64,000 nucleotides of DNA from Pseudovirgaria hyperparasitica (taxonomy: Eukaryota): the NCBI GenBank assembly GCA_010093815.1, contig ML996577.1; one strand, given 5' to 3'. The position numbers and the translations under genes are program-made. This document shows positions 37,111 to 46,907 of the stretch, piece by piece. The notes under the pieces were generated by a model. It was not told where the DNA came from and searched no databases. It saw only the letters and a program-made list of their open reading frames with translations. Position 1 is the stretch's first letter. Each line of letters begins with the position of its first letter.

Positions 37111-39340
37111 ATGTCGAACAGTGTAGCGGATCTTCATTCTGGCTTCTGGACAAACTGGGGTTAAATACTTAAAATCCCTATATTGCGCCCACATACTAAC
37201 ATATTGAATAGAACAAGGCCCGATCTTCGGTCGCACTATCACTCTCGAGGCCAGCTATGCCAGCTTTCTTAGCAATTTTCTCGCTATCTTCATCACCTGG
37301 GCCGGGACCCACCTATGGACTATCATCTGTTATGTAGTAATGCAAAGCAGATCTAGCAAAGTGCCACGAGATGGCCTTCATCATCAAACACAAGTCCTCC
37401 TACGCAACTCGCCATCAGTCGGTGGAACAATCTGGGGCTTTATGAAGCAGGCACAAGCATGGAGAAGGAGCGAACATCATGCGGTTCGACGCACCATGCC
37501 GCTCGTCCTACTAGCTCTTGTTTATACAGGCGGCTTCACGGCGGCCGGTATCCTGTCCTCCAAAGTCTCTCAGCCTGGTTCCGAAGTCCTGCTTGAACCT
37601 GGGAAGTGCGGGTTTCCTTCCTACACTGGTGACGCAGTCGAAGAGTCGCTGCTCAGAGACAATTCCTTTGCACGAGAGGGCGCCATTTATGCCCGGAACT
37701 GTTTCCAAGATATTGGTCGTGATGGTCAAGAAGACAGACGATGTAATCAGTTCTCAGCTCCCAGGATCGGTGGCGACCCTGTTGTGGATAGCGATGCTTC
37801 TTGCCCATTTCCTGACAAGAGCGCTTGCAAAGTGCCTGCTATGAGTATCACAACCAACATACCGTCTGACGATCTGGGCATCAATGTCCCTCGTAGCGAA
37901 CGAATGTGGTTCAAGAAAATTACGACTTGGAGTCCTCTTGACATGTCTAATTACGTTGGGGATGGTTGGGTCACTACGCCTGCAATCGGCGACCAGCTTG
38001 GCTTCTTGAAGAACGAGACTCGTCAGTACTACTACGTTGGCGATACATATATCAATAGCACCTTTACTTATGACTGGGTCTTCTATGCTCGAAGTCAGTA
38101 CATGACAGACATAGTTGACCACTATAAAGTCTGGTGAGTTAACCTGGTGTTAGACCGAGTGCCTTCATATTAACGGAGACTCAGGACCGCCACTGCTTAC
38201 GCAAATATTGCTCAGAACTTCACTCCTGTCGCAGGCCTTACTGCCCCAAACGCCGATATAACTTTCCTTGGAGTCCAAAGCGTTGTTACATATCTCGCAC
38301 AAGTCAGCGATCCCCTATATCGGGCAAGCACCTACGACGAAGACCCGGTCCGTGGGAATGGCTATTATCCTGACGAAAAGCTCTCAATCCTGGGACTCAC
38401 TGAGCAGTACCAACTGTGCACAGAAGATAAGCGTTGTGGAAACATCACTGGAGTCCTAGACGAAGGTATTTGGGACGGCCTCGGCCTGACCGACAATCAG
38501 TACGCCATTGCTCATCGCATGCGCAAAGCCGCTATGGACGGCAGCGCTACCTGGATCATCAGCGCACTCGGAAGTGATGCCCTTCTTGCGTCCGACTACC
38601 GTGCCTCCGATACCTCTTTCTACACGGTCGGCCTACCTGATGAACAGTGGAAGACAGACGTACATTATATGCACAACGTCTCGCTTGCAACAATGCAGCG
38701 GAGTGCAGTAGAATGGGCATCACATCCCCATCGCGAAGTCACGCCTGGCTCTAATATTTTCAGCGATTCACACATTGACGACCCTACGAAAACGACCGAA
38801 CTACCATATGACAATAAAGCACTTGCCAGGTTATGTAGCCGTCAAAAGATTCGTAGCTACCGATATTCGTCCTTTTCTGTCTTCGGCGTGAGCATGATTC
38901 TTGGTATCGGCTCATTTATCATTCTGCTCAACTGTACACTCTCCGAGATAATACACTCTTGCCGCAAACACCGCCGGAGCCCTCGCGCACAGCAGAAACG
39001 CCAGGAGTGGATCGAGACAGAAGTGCTACAGCTTCACCGTATGGCCCTCGACGCCCGTGGGATCGGCCCGTGGAGGAGTCAAGAGAAGGCTGTACCGATG
39101 CCCTTAGATCCAAATCTCATGTGGGGCCCAGACGGGCGTGCGACGATTGTGAGGAGGAATTCGGACGCGACGCTAACACCGAGTGTGAACAGTCGCTGGT
39201 CACAGAACACTGCAGGGTATCAGAGGGTCGAGAAGGCGGATGTATATCAGTCTGGTGGATGGGTGCAACCGAGTCCACCAGCTCCAGTGGACACTATGTA
39301 TCAGCCTTATGATTCGGGCTATAGGCCGTACCACGGGTGA
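37111..39340 (+). CDS. Uncharacterised fungal multi-TM membrane protein, 3 exons
   Basis: GFWTNW|EQGPIFGRTITL, hydrophobic segments, DGLHHQTQVLLRNS, LCSRQKIR..YSSFSVFG; introns 37160-37211 and ~38134-38184. Confidence 0.75.
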
Positions 39341-39521
39341 ATTCCTTATAGAACTATGTAATTCTGATGTAATTAATCACACATGACTTGGGCGAAAACT
39401 ATGTCTCGCATATAGAAGAGACAAATGGCCCACTACTGTCTCTCATCGCAGTATTTCCCAAGTGATTCGGCTAAAGCGATATAATGTACCAACGGCAACG
39501 CTTTCCGTACCAGCTCATGAG

Positions 39522-39983
39522 CAGAGATGGGCATATACAATCCGAATCTGTGCAATCTCAATCTGGGCCAAAATTTTAATAGAGAATACAAGCTCAATCC
39601 ACGCCTCAAAATGATTGCCAAGACGGTACAATCTCAATCCGATTTGTCAGATTGATTGTGTTAGATTGAATAAAGTGGGATATATACCTATATATAGCCG
39701 CGGGCCCTATCTTGGGCCATATTCAGGCATCATTTCTGCCTAAGGCTACTATATTAGAGCCTAAGGCTAAAGTACAGGCCTTAGGCAGATATGATGCCTG
39801 AATATGGCCTAAGATAGGGCCCCGGGCTATATATAGGTATATACCCTACTTTATTCAATCTAACACAATCAATCTCAATCCCTTGGTATAGATTCCAAGC
39901 TTAATCCGTACTTTTAGAGTGACTAATCATACAATCCTAATCTAGGACCTTGGATTGTATCCGATTGTATATGCTCACGTCTG
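39522..39983. mobile_element. Non-autonomous hAT-type element (MITE), 462 bp, with 8-bp TSD
   Basis: TSD CTCATGAG at 39514-39521 and 39984-39991; imperfect TIRs CAGAGATGGGCATATACAATC / CAGACGTGAGCATATACAATC (18/21); many CAATC/GATTG subterminal words; no ORF. Confidence 0.85.
39649..39875. repeat. Long inverted repeat: 98-bp arms (39649-39746 / 39778-39875), 31-bp spacer
   Basis: Manual reverse-complement alignment gives about 6 mismatches in 98 bp. Confidence 0.92.
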
Positions 39984-40049
39984 CTCATGAGTGAGCGAAA
40001 GCACTACCAATTCAAGCTTCCACGGCATCGATTAGTGCTAACATTAATA

Positions 40050-40740
40050 CATACCATGTCGTTCAACTACAGACAGATCAGTACATATTTCAAGATTCAT
40101 TAGTTCCTTCCATTCATTTTTCATGTTGACCAGCAGAAGACCTTAGGCGCATTTATGAGGCGATTTCGTCGCATATCATCTACTTCGAACAAATGTTTGG
40201 CCGCTTTCCCGAGATGTCACGGAGACTGCATTCCTACACAGGTGCACTATAGATACTGATGTGTGTATACGTGATGATAAGGCGACATATTATTAGCTAC
40301 AACCTTGGAATGACGGAATATGCTGAAGTCTCTCATACGATGGTACTTATAGTAGTAATGGATATCTTTTTTGAAGCAAAATTCTTAATTAGTTATTTCA
40401 TGGGAGTTTATTTTACTTCAGCTGAGACTATCTAGAGCTTGCCAGGGTAGGAACAGGACTTGGACTCTCATAATCATAAACTATAGCTTAGCTAGACATA
40501 CTTTATAGGACTAGTTCAAAGAGACTATTACACAAAGACACTGAGTCATAGTCTCCATAGTCTTTTGAAATCAACACAATTGAGTTTCGTGGAATTTCTA
40601 CTATATACGTTTGACTAGCTAGATGATTAACTTATAAACACTACTATAAGCCAATAGTAATATGGTTCCAGAGTAATTCAAAGGGTATAAGACTAATTAG
40701 TCATCATATATGTGATCTCTACTTCTTACTTGATGAAAAC
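40050..40740. other. AT/TpA-rich RIP-like degenerate DNA next to the MITE
   Basis: Dense CTAG/TATA/TAG words, no ORF of 60 aa or more in the ORF track. Confidence 0.5.
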
Positions 40741-40869
40741 GGGTTTGTGAGATGGAGAATTGCTCGACCTAGGCCGGCAGGGTTCCATGAAAGTTGAAGA
40801 GATTACAGTTGAACTTTCTGCGCTTGATTCCGACAGCATGTTCGTACCTGGCTAAGCGTAGGCGAATGT

Positions 40870-42085
40870 TCAGAAGTTGAAGTCTCCATCAAGGAGTGAC
40901 GCGATACATGTCCTTGGCCATACCGTCCATTCAGTCCACTCTTCGTCTATACTATGCAATATATCGCACAGACTTTCAATCAGACGTATGCCCACATCTT
41001 TAGCCCACCAACGATTATGAAGCTTGAGAAGCATCACTCCATAATGAGCCCAAATAAGCTGGCTCATCGGATCTCCTTCGCGGAACAGGTCAACCAGCCT
41101 TTCATCGACCTGTATCGGCCATTCGAAGATGGGAGCATAGTGATTCCCAAGTGCATGCTGCATAAGATGTTCTAGATATGCGACACTACTTTCATAGACC
41201 TGTCGGCGCTTGACAGAGACCAGTTTAGCAATCTGTGATATGCGAGTGCGCAGGCGGTTCATTGCTTCTTTGGCCTGCTCGCTGTAGTGTGTGGCGTCAC
41301 CTACGCTTGGCTTGAGAATATGTCCTATTAAACCACTAGACAGGGGCTCTGGAGCATTATGTATGATACTGGCCGAGCCACAAAGAAGCGTGCGTACAGA
41401 CAAAGAGGCTTCTGGAGGTGGATCTCCTGAGTCTTTAGACAATGCTAATGCTATCACGGTGATGAAGCCCGAAAAGATCAGTGCGGCATTGGCATTATGC
41501 GAAGAGATTTGCTGTAGTGCTTCCCGAAAATTAGCTAAACCCCAATCTTGGTAGTTAAGGGCAAGCTCTCTATACGAGTCAGATGCCTCGTGAATGTGAT
41601 CGGCATGGTGGAGACACGCAATAGCAAGTAAGCCGTCTAACAAAAAATCGTGTTTGACCGCTTCGCGCGGAATGAGCGTTCTCCACGTTTCCAAGTCGTC
41701 TGGCGACTCTGATAGACTTGTGTAGACCTCGGTTGAGAACCAGTGCATGAGATAGAGCTCCTGACCTCGCGGCGGCCTTTGGTGACTGGTGTTGTCAAGA
41801 TTGTCTGTGGGAGTCGCAAGCGGAGGACTTTCGGTGGAGTCGAATGTACAGATCTCTCTTCGCTTCTTGCATCGTAGACACACGGGCTTTTCTTCGCCAC
41901 ACTTCCTTCAGTTAGTGCCGGTGTCATCTCACGCATACATGGCTGTTCATCCATTCGTATAGCGTTGGGGTTCGCCTGACCCCTCGGATGGATGAGTCAG
42001 GATCACAGCGTACCTTGACCCTTCGTCGTTTGCACTGAATGCAACCGGTGTGTGACTTCGTATGAAATTTGCGAGGTGGTGGCAT
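40870..42085 (-). CDS. Zn(II)2Cys6 transcription factor, Upc2/Ecm22-like, 2 exons
   Basis: MPPPRKFHTKSHTGCIQCKRRRVK|CGEEKPVCLRCKKRREIC after splicing ~42013-41902; ELYLMHWF, HDFLLDGLLAIACLH, RWWAKD, WTVWP. Confidence 0.88.
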
Positions 42086-42183
42086 GCCCTCGTCAAAGCC
42101 GAAGCAAGCGAGCGAGATAGAGTTTGTTGAGGATGAACAATTATGAAATGAGGGCCGGGTCGACTATTTTGAATCCTAGATTT

Positions 42184-42418
42184 AACGAGAAACGAGCTCA
42201 TCCATGTGATCCGTGCACCTGAACGAGACTTAAACGAGGCAGCGCGAGCGATACCGAGACCGTTATGCGAGTCCTAAGTAAGTGGAACCGGTCATCACAT
42301 GCACAAATATACCATGGTGAGGACTTAGTTCTCTCAATTAGCATATTGCATCAAACTATAGCGCTATGCGAGAATACAGCCTCCCGCAGAGCTTCAACGA
42401 GCTGTCATATAAACGAGG
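42184..42418. promoter_or_regulatory. Cluster of AACGA/TAAACGA (SRE-like) motifs upstream of the Zn2Cys6 gene
   Basis: TAAACGAGG at 42231 and 42410 plus several further AACGAG words; TAAACGA is the Upc2/Ecm22 SRE core. Confidence 0.5.
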
Positions 42419-43001
42419 TTCTTACGAGACGAGATACAATTTACAAGGTGCATATCAGCGCAAAATCCTTACAGTATGAGTTTCGAATTCGAATGACATA
42501 TAGTGCTATATATAAAGTAATAGCACTCAAGCTTTCCTCTGGTATCACATTTGCAGCTAATAGTCTGCTATTATGATTATGAGGCTAATGCCATGTATTA
42601 GACATGAAATCATGATTATATAGTGCTGACCACAGGGTTCTTGTTCCGCGACCGACAAGGAAGATTCAGATGCAAGGAAGTCTTGATGCTAATAGAACTC
42701 TGTCGCGAAGAGAGGTTGATTGGCTGGTTTTCAGTTTCGGATCACATATGGACATATGTGTATGATTAATCTTATCCAACCATCTCATATAGACCCCGAT
42801 TCATTGGAAGGATCCAGATCCATGTTTCTAAACCACGAATGTCTAGAGGCTTAATTATCATGATTCTTGTGTATAGTAGATAGAGAGACACATTTCACTA
42901 AGATTATGGGTGAAAATTTTACAGAAGATACGACTTGAGCAGCGTGGATACGAGTGCCTATCGATTTCAGCGTTCATGTTGGCTGACAACACAGCTCGTC
43001 C

Positions 43002-43529
43002 TCACTTGGAGTGTGGATTCCCCGTCCCACTGCGGCCGACACTACTTGTAGAGGATTGATATATTCCAGAGTATCCTTCCACATATTCTCCCAATTCCTG
43101 GAACACGATCTGTGCTAGTTTCGCATCCTTGTAGAGCGTAATACCGTGAGTGTTTTTGACTTCTAACATGGCCCCCATTGCGCCTTGATAGCCCGCATCA
43201 ACTACACCGGCATGGACCTTAGCACCAGACCTCCACAGAGATGACCTAGAGAAGATCGTAGCCATGTAGTTCCGTGGAATGGATACCGTCTCATTGAAGT
43301 CGACCAGGTAGGTGCCTGGCTTCAGAAAAATTGCTTCGCCATTATTGAAAGGGAGATTAGAAGTCTTAGCTGCTTCGCGTCTAGCATTACTGAAATCGAT
43401 CGTAGCAGAAGATTCCCAGCTGTGGACCAAGCGTAGTGTGAGGTCAACGCCACATGGCTGCTGCTGAGTTGCGTGACGGATATTCTGAATCAGGTTTCGC
43501 AGTATGACCTGAGCTCCACCGAGGATCAT
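43002..43529 (-). CDS. Trimeric dUTPase/dCTP-deaminase superfamily protein, archaeal-type dUTPase-like; intronless
   Basis: QPCGVDLTL, SRSSLWRSG, GVVDAGYQG, LAQIVF, YSGIYQ. Confidence 0.85.
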   Translation of the reverse strand: MILGGAQVILRNLIQNIRHATQQQPCGVDLTLRLVHSWESSATIDFSNARREAAKTSNLPFNNGEAIFLKPGTYLVDFNETVSIPRNYMATIFSRSSLWRSGAKVHAGVVDAGYQGAMGAMLEVKNTHGITLYKDAKLAQIVFQELGEYVEGYSGIYQSSTSSVGRSGTGNPHSK

Positions 43530-44224
43530 TTTGAGCCACGAGAGATGTTGGTTGACGACGAGATTCTGGAGGGTGAAAGCGGAAGTTTGTATAGCGGAGG
43601 ATAATTAGGATGAGTACACAGTACTACAGTATAATTCAAACAAGAAGCCACGCTAGATCTAATCAGGTTAGCTGATTGGATGTGATACGGGCCGATCATT
43701 GGCCATATTTTCGCCCATGGGATCTCCGCTGTAAGCCAAGGCTCCTGATTTTCGAGCCTAGCTGTGACTCGCGTCTGAAAAGCAGGCGATATTTTGAACG
43801 AAGGTCGAAAGTATACCATGATGCTTGTTTTTAGACTCTGCTCAATGGTGACGTTGCTGCTGACAGGCATTGAACGAACACAAACAGGACGAAAACTTTT
43901 GCAGAATTCCGGAGCTATGCCCGAAGAACTTGTTTGTTGTTGCAGGATATTCCCACATATAGCTGTATCAAGAGCCGAAGATTCTGCTCGCTTGCAAACA
44001 AGTGAGCTCTCCAGAAGGCTTCTCTTCGAAGTGCGTTCAGTTATGCAACATTCGAGTGTTGCCAGATTGTTAATTTCCCTTTCATTCTGGACGATAGATG
44101 ATGACTCACAGGAGGACGCAAGACTAGAGACTGAAGACGAAGTAGCTTGCCAGAGAGGATCAAAGTCGAACCGGTTATCTTGGTCTTGAACTGATGACAT
44201 GGCCGAGTAATTGAGATCTTGCAT
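43526..44224 (-). CDS. Hypothetical ORF, possibly the 3' part of the decayed gene upstream
   Basis: ~230-aa open frame with no recognised domain; its TGA overlaps the dUTPase ATG. Confidence 0.3.
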   Translation of the reverse strand: MQDLNYSAMSSVQDQDNRFDFDPLWQATSSSVSSLASSCESSSIVQNEREINNLATLECCITERTSKRSLLESSLVCKRAESSALDTAICGNILQQQTSSSGIAPEFCKSFRPVCVRSMPVSSNVTIEQSLKTSIMVYFRPSFKISPAFQTRVTARLENQEPWLTAEIPWAKIWPMIGPYHIQSANLIRSSVASCLNYTVVLCTHPNYPPLYKLPLSPSRISSSTNISRGSK

Positions 44225-44285
44225 AGATTGGTATGACTGCACCCCTATAGGGAAGGAACTACATGTTCCTCCACGGGAGATTCCT

Positions 44286-44868
44286 CTAATGGTCGTGGCT
44301 GTACAATTCCATAGCGATCCCTCTCCAGTAGGTGGATTCGAAAGCGAACTGGGCGAACGCCTCTGAGAAGAAGTCCGCTGGCATAGGGATCAATCCATCC
44401 TGATTCAATGTCCACAGATTCTCTAGGTCATCGTCTCTCGGTACGGACCTAATTCTATCTTGCTCGAAATCTTTCATCGGCTGGATTCTTGCTTCGTTAA
44501 GGGTCTTTCCTCGACCACAAAGTATAGCAATTCAATGCCTGTTGATTAGGACACGGTTCAATCGTAGGAACGAATGTCGTCTCAAAATCGGGAAAGTCGA
44601 CAGCGCAAGTGCGGATCAGGCGCGTTTGGGCTTGACCTACTTTATCCCAACGACAATACTGCACGACCTCCTTGGACCATAGCGCGACAATAACAGCTAG
44701 ATTGCGATCTCGAGTCCTCGACAAATGTCGATAGAGAAGGCCCGTTCTTCGGTTGACCATCGTAAGACTCTGCAGGTCGACGAGAAAGGAGCCGATATAT
44801 CCGTCGTTTTCCTAGAACCTAACACACTTGTGCACGTCCACTGTTCTCATCCCATATTCTCTTTCCAT
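44286..44868 (-). pseudogene. Disrupted coding sequence of unknown family
   Basis: ATG 44868, in-frame TAG 44814-44812, protein-like continuation (LAVIVALWSKEVVQYCRWDK), apparent frameshift near 44565, TGA 44534-44532 in frame with ORF 44477-44286. Confidence 0.45.
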
Positions 44869-45903
44869 ATTCCCTTCTAGAGGTCGAGAGATATAATGGA
44901 CCTCTAACTAGGACGGGTAAGCACGGGTGTATGAGAATGGGAAACGCTAAGAAAGTCAAGTTCCAGAATGACTTCGGATGTGATCCGTGCGTAGGATTGA
45001 ACGAGATATATCCGAGACGACCCGGGTAACAGCGAGATCACTTATAACGCGATAGGTACCTAGTGCAAGTCCGTTAGAGGACTAAAAGCCACCGGATGGA
45101 CAGTAACCTACTTGTCCTAATCGAGCCACTGTCGTCACAGAATCAAGCACAGCCACAGCTCCCAACTGAGCGTAGGGCTAACCATTGCTAGGAACCTGAG
45201 AATCTGTCATTCTTAGCACTTGAGTATGCTCATACCTTTTCCCCATTAACTTTATTCAATTACATTACCTTCATATAGAGTCATAGACACATCATAGCCT
45301 CTCATCTAAATCAAGGAATTCTTAACGAACTCAAAGGGACGAAAGGACGAGTCAGGATAGATGTTAAGATCCTGATCATCAGGCTCAAGACAAGTGTTGA
45401 ACAGGTTCTGGGGAAGTAATGACAGACTTTGGGCTACTGAGTGACGCATTCACGATGGCATGCACAGATATTTCACTAATTTTCAAGAGTCTGTCCGCAG
45501 CGACATGTAGTAAGTACCTTGACATCATGCGTTATGTCTGAAAGCGAGGTTTTTGCGAGATGGTTCGCATTATACGAGGGCGCATGTCAGCGGGACCTCC
45601 TCGCAACACGTTTCGGGCCCGAACAACACCAACATACAGCGTTCGATTACTGAGAAGATGCAAGGTTTGATCCTTTGCGAGTTTTTGTGGCTGAGGGATC
45701 AACGTCACCCTCGTCGAGCCAATGCTATATCTTAGACGTGAATTCTCAATTAACGACCTTGTAATCTCATCAGTGAATACCTTCAACTACAGCACAAACA
45801 TCTCTAGGCGCCTTATTTATAAGACTTGTGACATCTTCTTATCCTTATTCTGCGTCGAAAGCTACAAGATCTCCCACGTCACGAAAGCACAGCAGCAGTC
45901 GAT

Positions 45904-46907
45904 ATGCCAGTCCTTCATATATTCTCCAGGCAAACAACCAATCCATCCGACCAGTCCTGTTCAGAAGATGCACGACCTCAAATCTACGGCTACGAGCCGA
46001 ACGAGTTCGCTGCGTATCTTTTCCTCGTCCTATTCTCCATCAGCACTCTGATCCACTTACTGCAAGTGCTGAAAACACGCACGTGGTTTTGGATCGCATT
46101 CATTCTGGGTGGTGTCCTCGAGATTATCGGATTCGCCGGTCGCGTCATTGGGGTCACTCAGACACCCTGTTACACGATAACTGTCTACATCGTGATGACG
46201 CTCGGCACGCTGCTGGCTCCGACGCTATTCGCGGCGTCGATATATATGGAATTCAGCCGTATTGCCGTTCTAGCACGAGGGGAGCATCTTTCGATTGTAC
46301 GGCCGAGCTGGGTCACGAAAATATTTGTCTTTGGCGACATCCTTTCGTTCATATTTCAGGCTGCAGGTAAGGCGCTTAACAACATTTCATTGCCCGAGCT
46401 GACGAGTACCCAGGTGGTGGTCTGCGCTCGAGTGAAAATGCAGACACAGCAGATATCGGCAACACAGTCATCATCATCGGCCTGTGGATCCAGATCGTCT
46501 TCTTCGGGCTTTTCATGATCAACAGTATCATCTGGTGGACCAGGATGAAAACCAGACCGTCATCTCTCGCGCGTGATGTGCCATGGCAGAAGCATCTGAT
46601 CGTCCTCTTCGTCGCGTCCTTTTTGATCTTGGTCCGCTCTGTTTTCCGTGTCATCGAGTACATGGAAGGCAGGGGCGGATACCTCATTACGCACGAAGTG
46701 TTCTTCTACTGCTTCGACATCGCGCTGATGTTCCTGCTCATGGCTGGCTTCCATTACTGGCACCCTTCCGAGATCATTGCCTTGAATGCGGGTGGCAAGT
46801 ATATAAGGCTGTGGAAGACGCATGATGTGAAGAAATATAGAGAAGGGCATTCGATGAGTTCAGCAGGTGAGTCATCCCAGGCTCCCTCACATGGATCATT
46901 TGTCTGA
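45904..46907 (+). CDS. RTA1-like (lipid-translocating exporter) 7-TM protein, 2 exons
   Basis: IYGYEP, LEIIGFAGR, LLAPTLFAASIYM, TKIFVFGDILSFIFQAAG|GG, LILVRSVFRVIEY, HEVFFYCFD, HPSE; intron ~46367-46413. Confidence 0.9.

Noticed and set aside
39522..39983. Recurrent CAATC words as a CRISPR-like array
   Set aside because: Eukaryotic context, no regular repeat-spacer periodicity; explained as transposon subterminal motifs.
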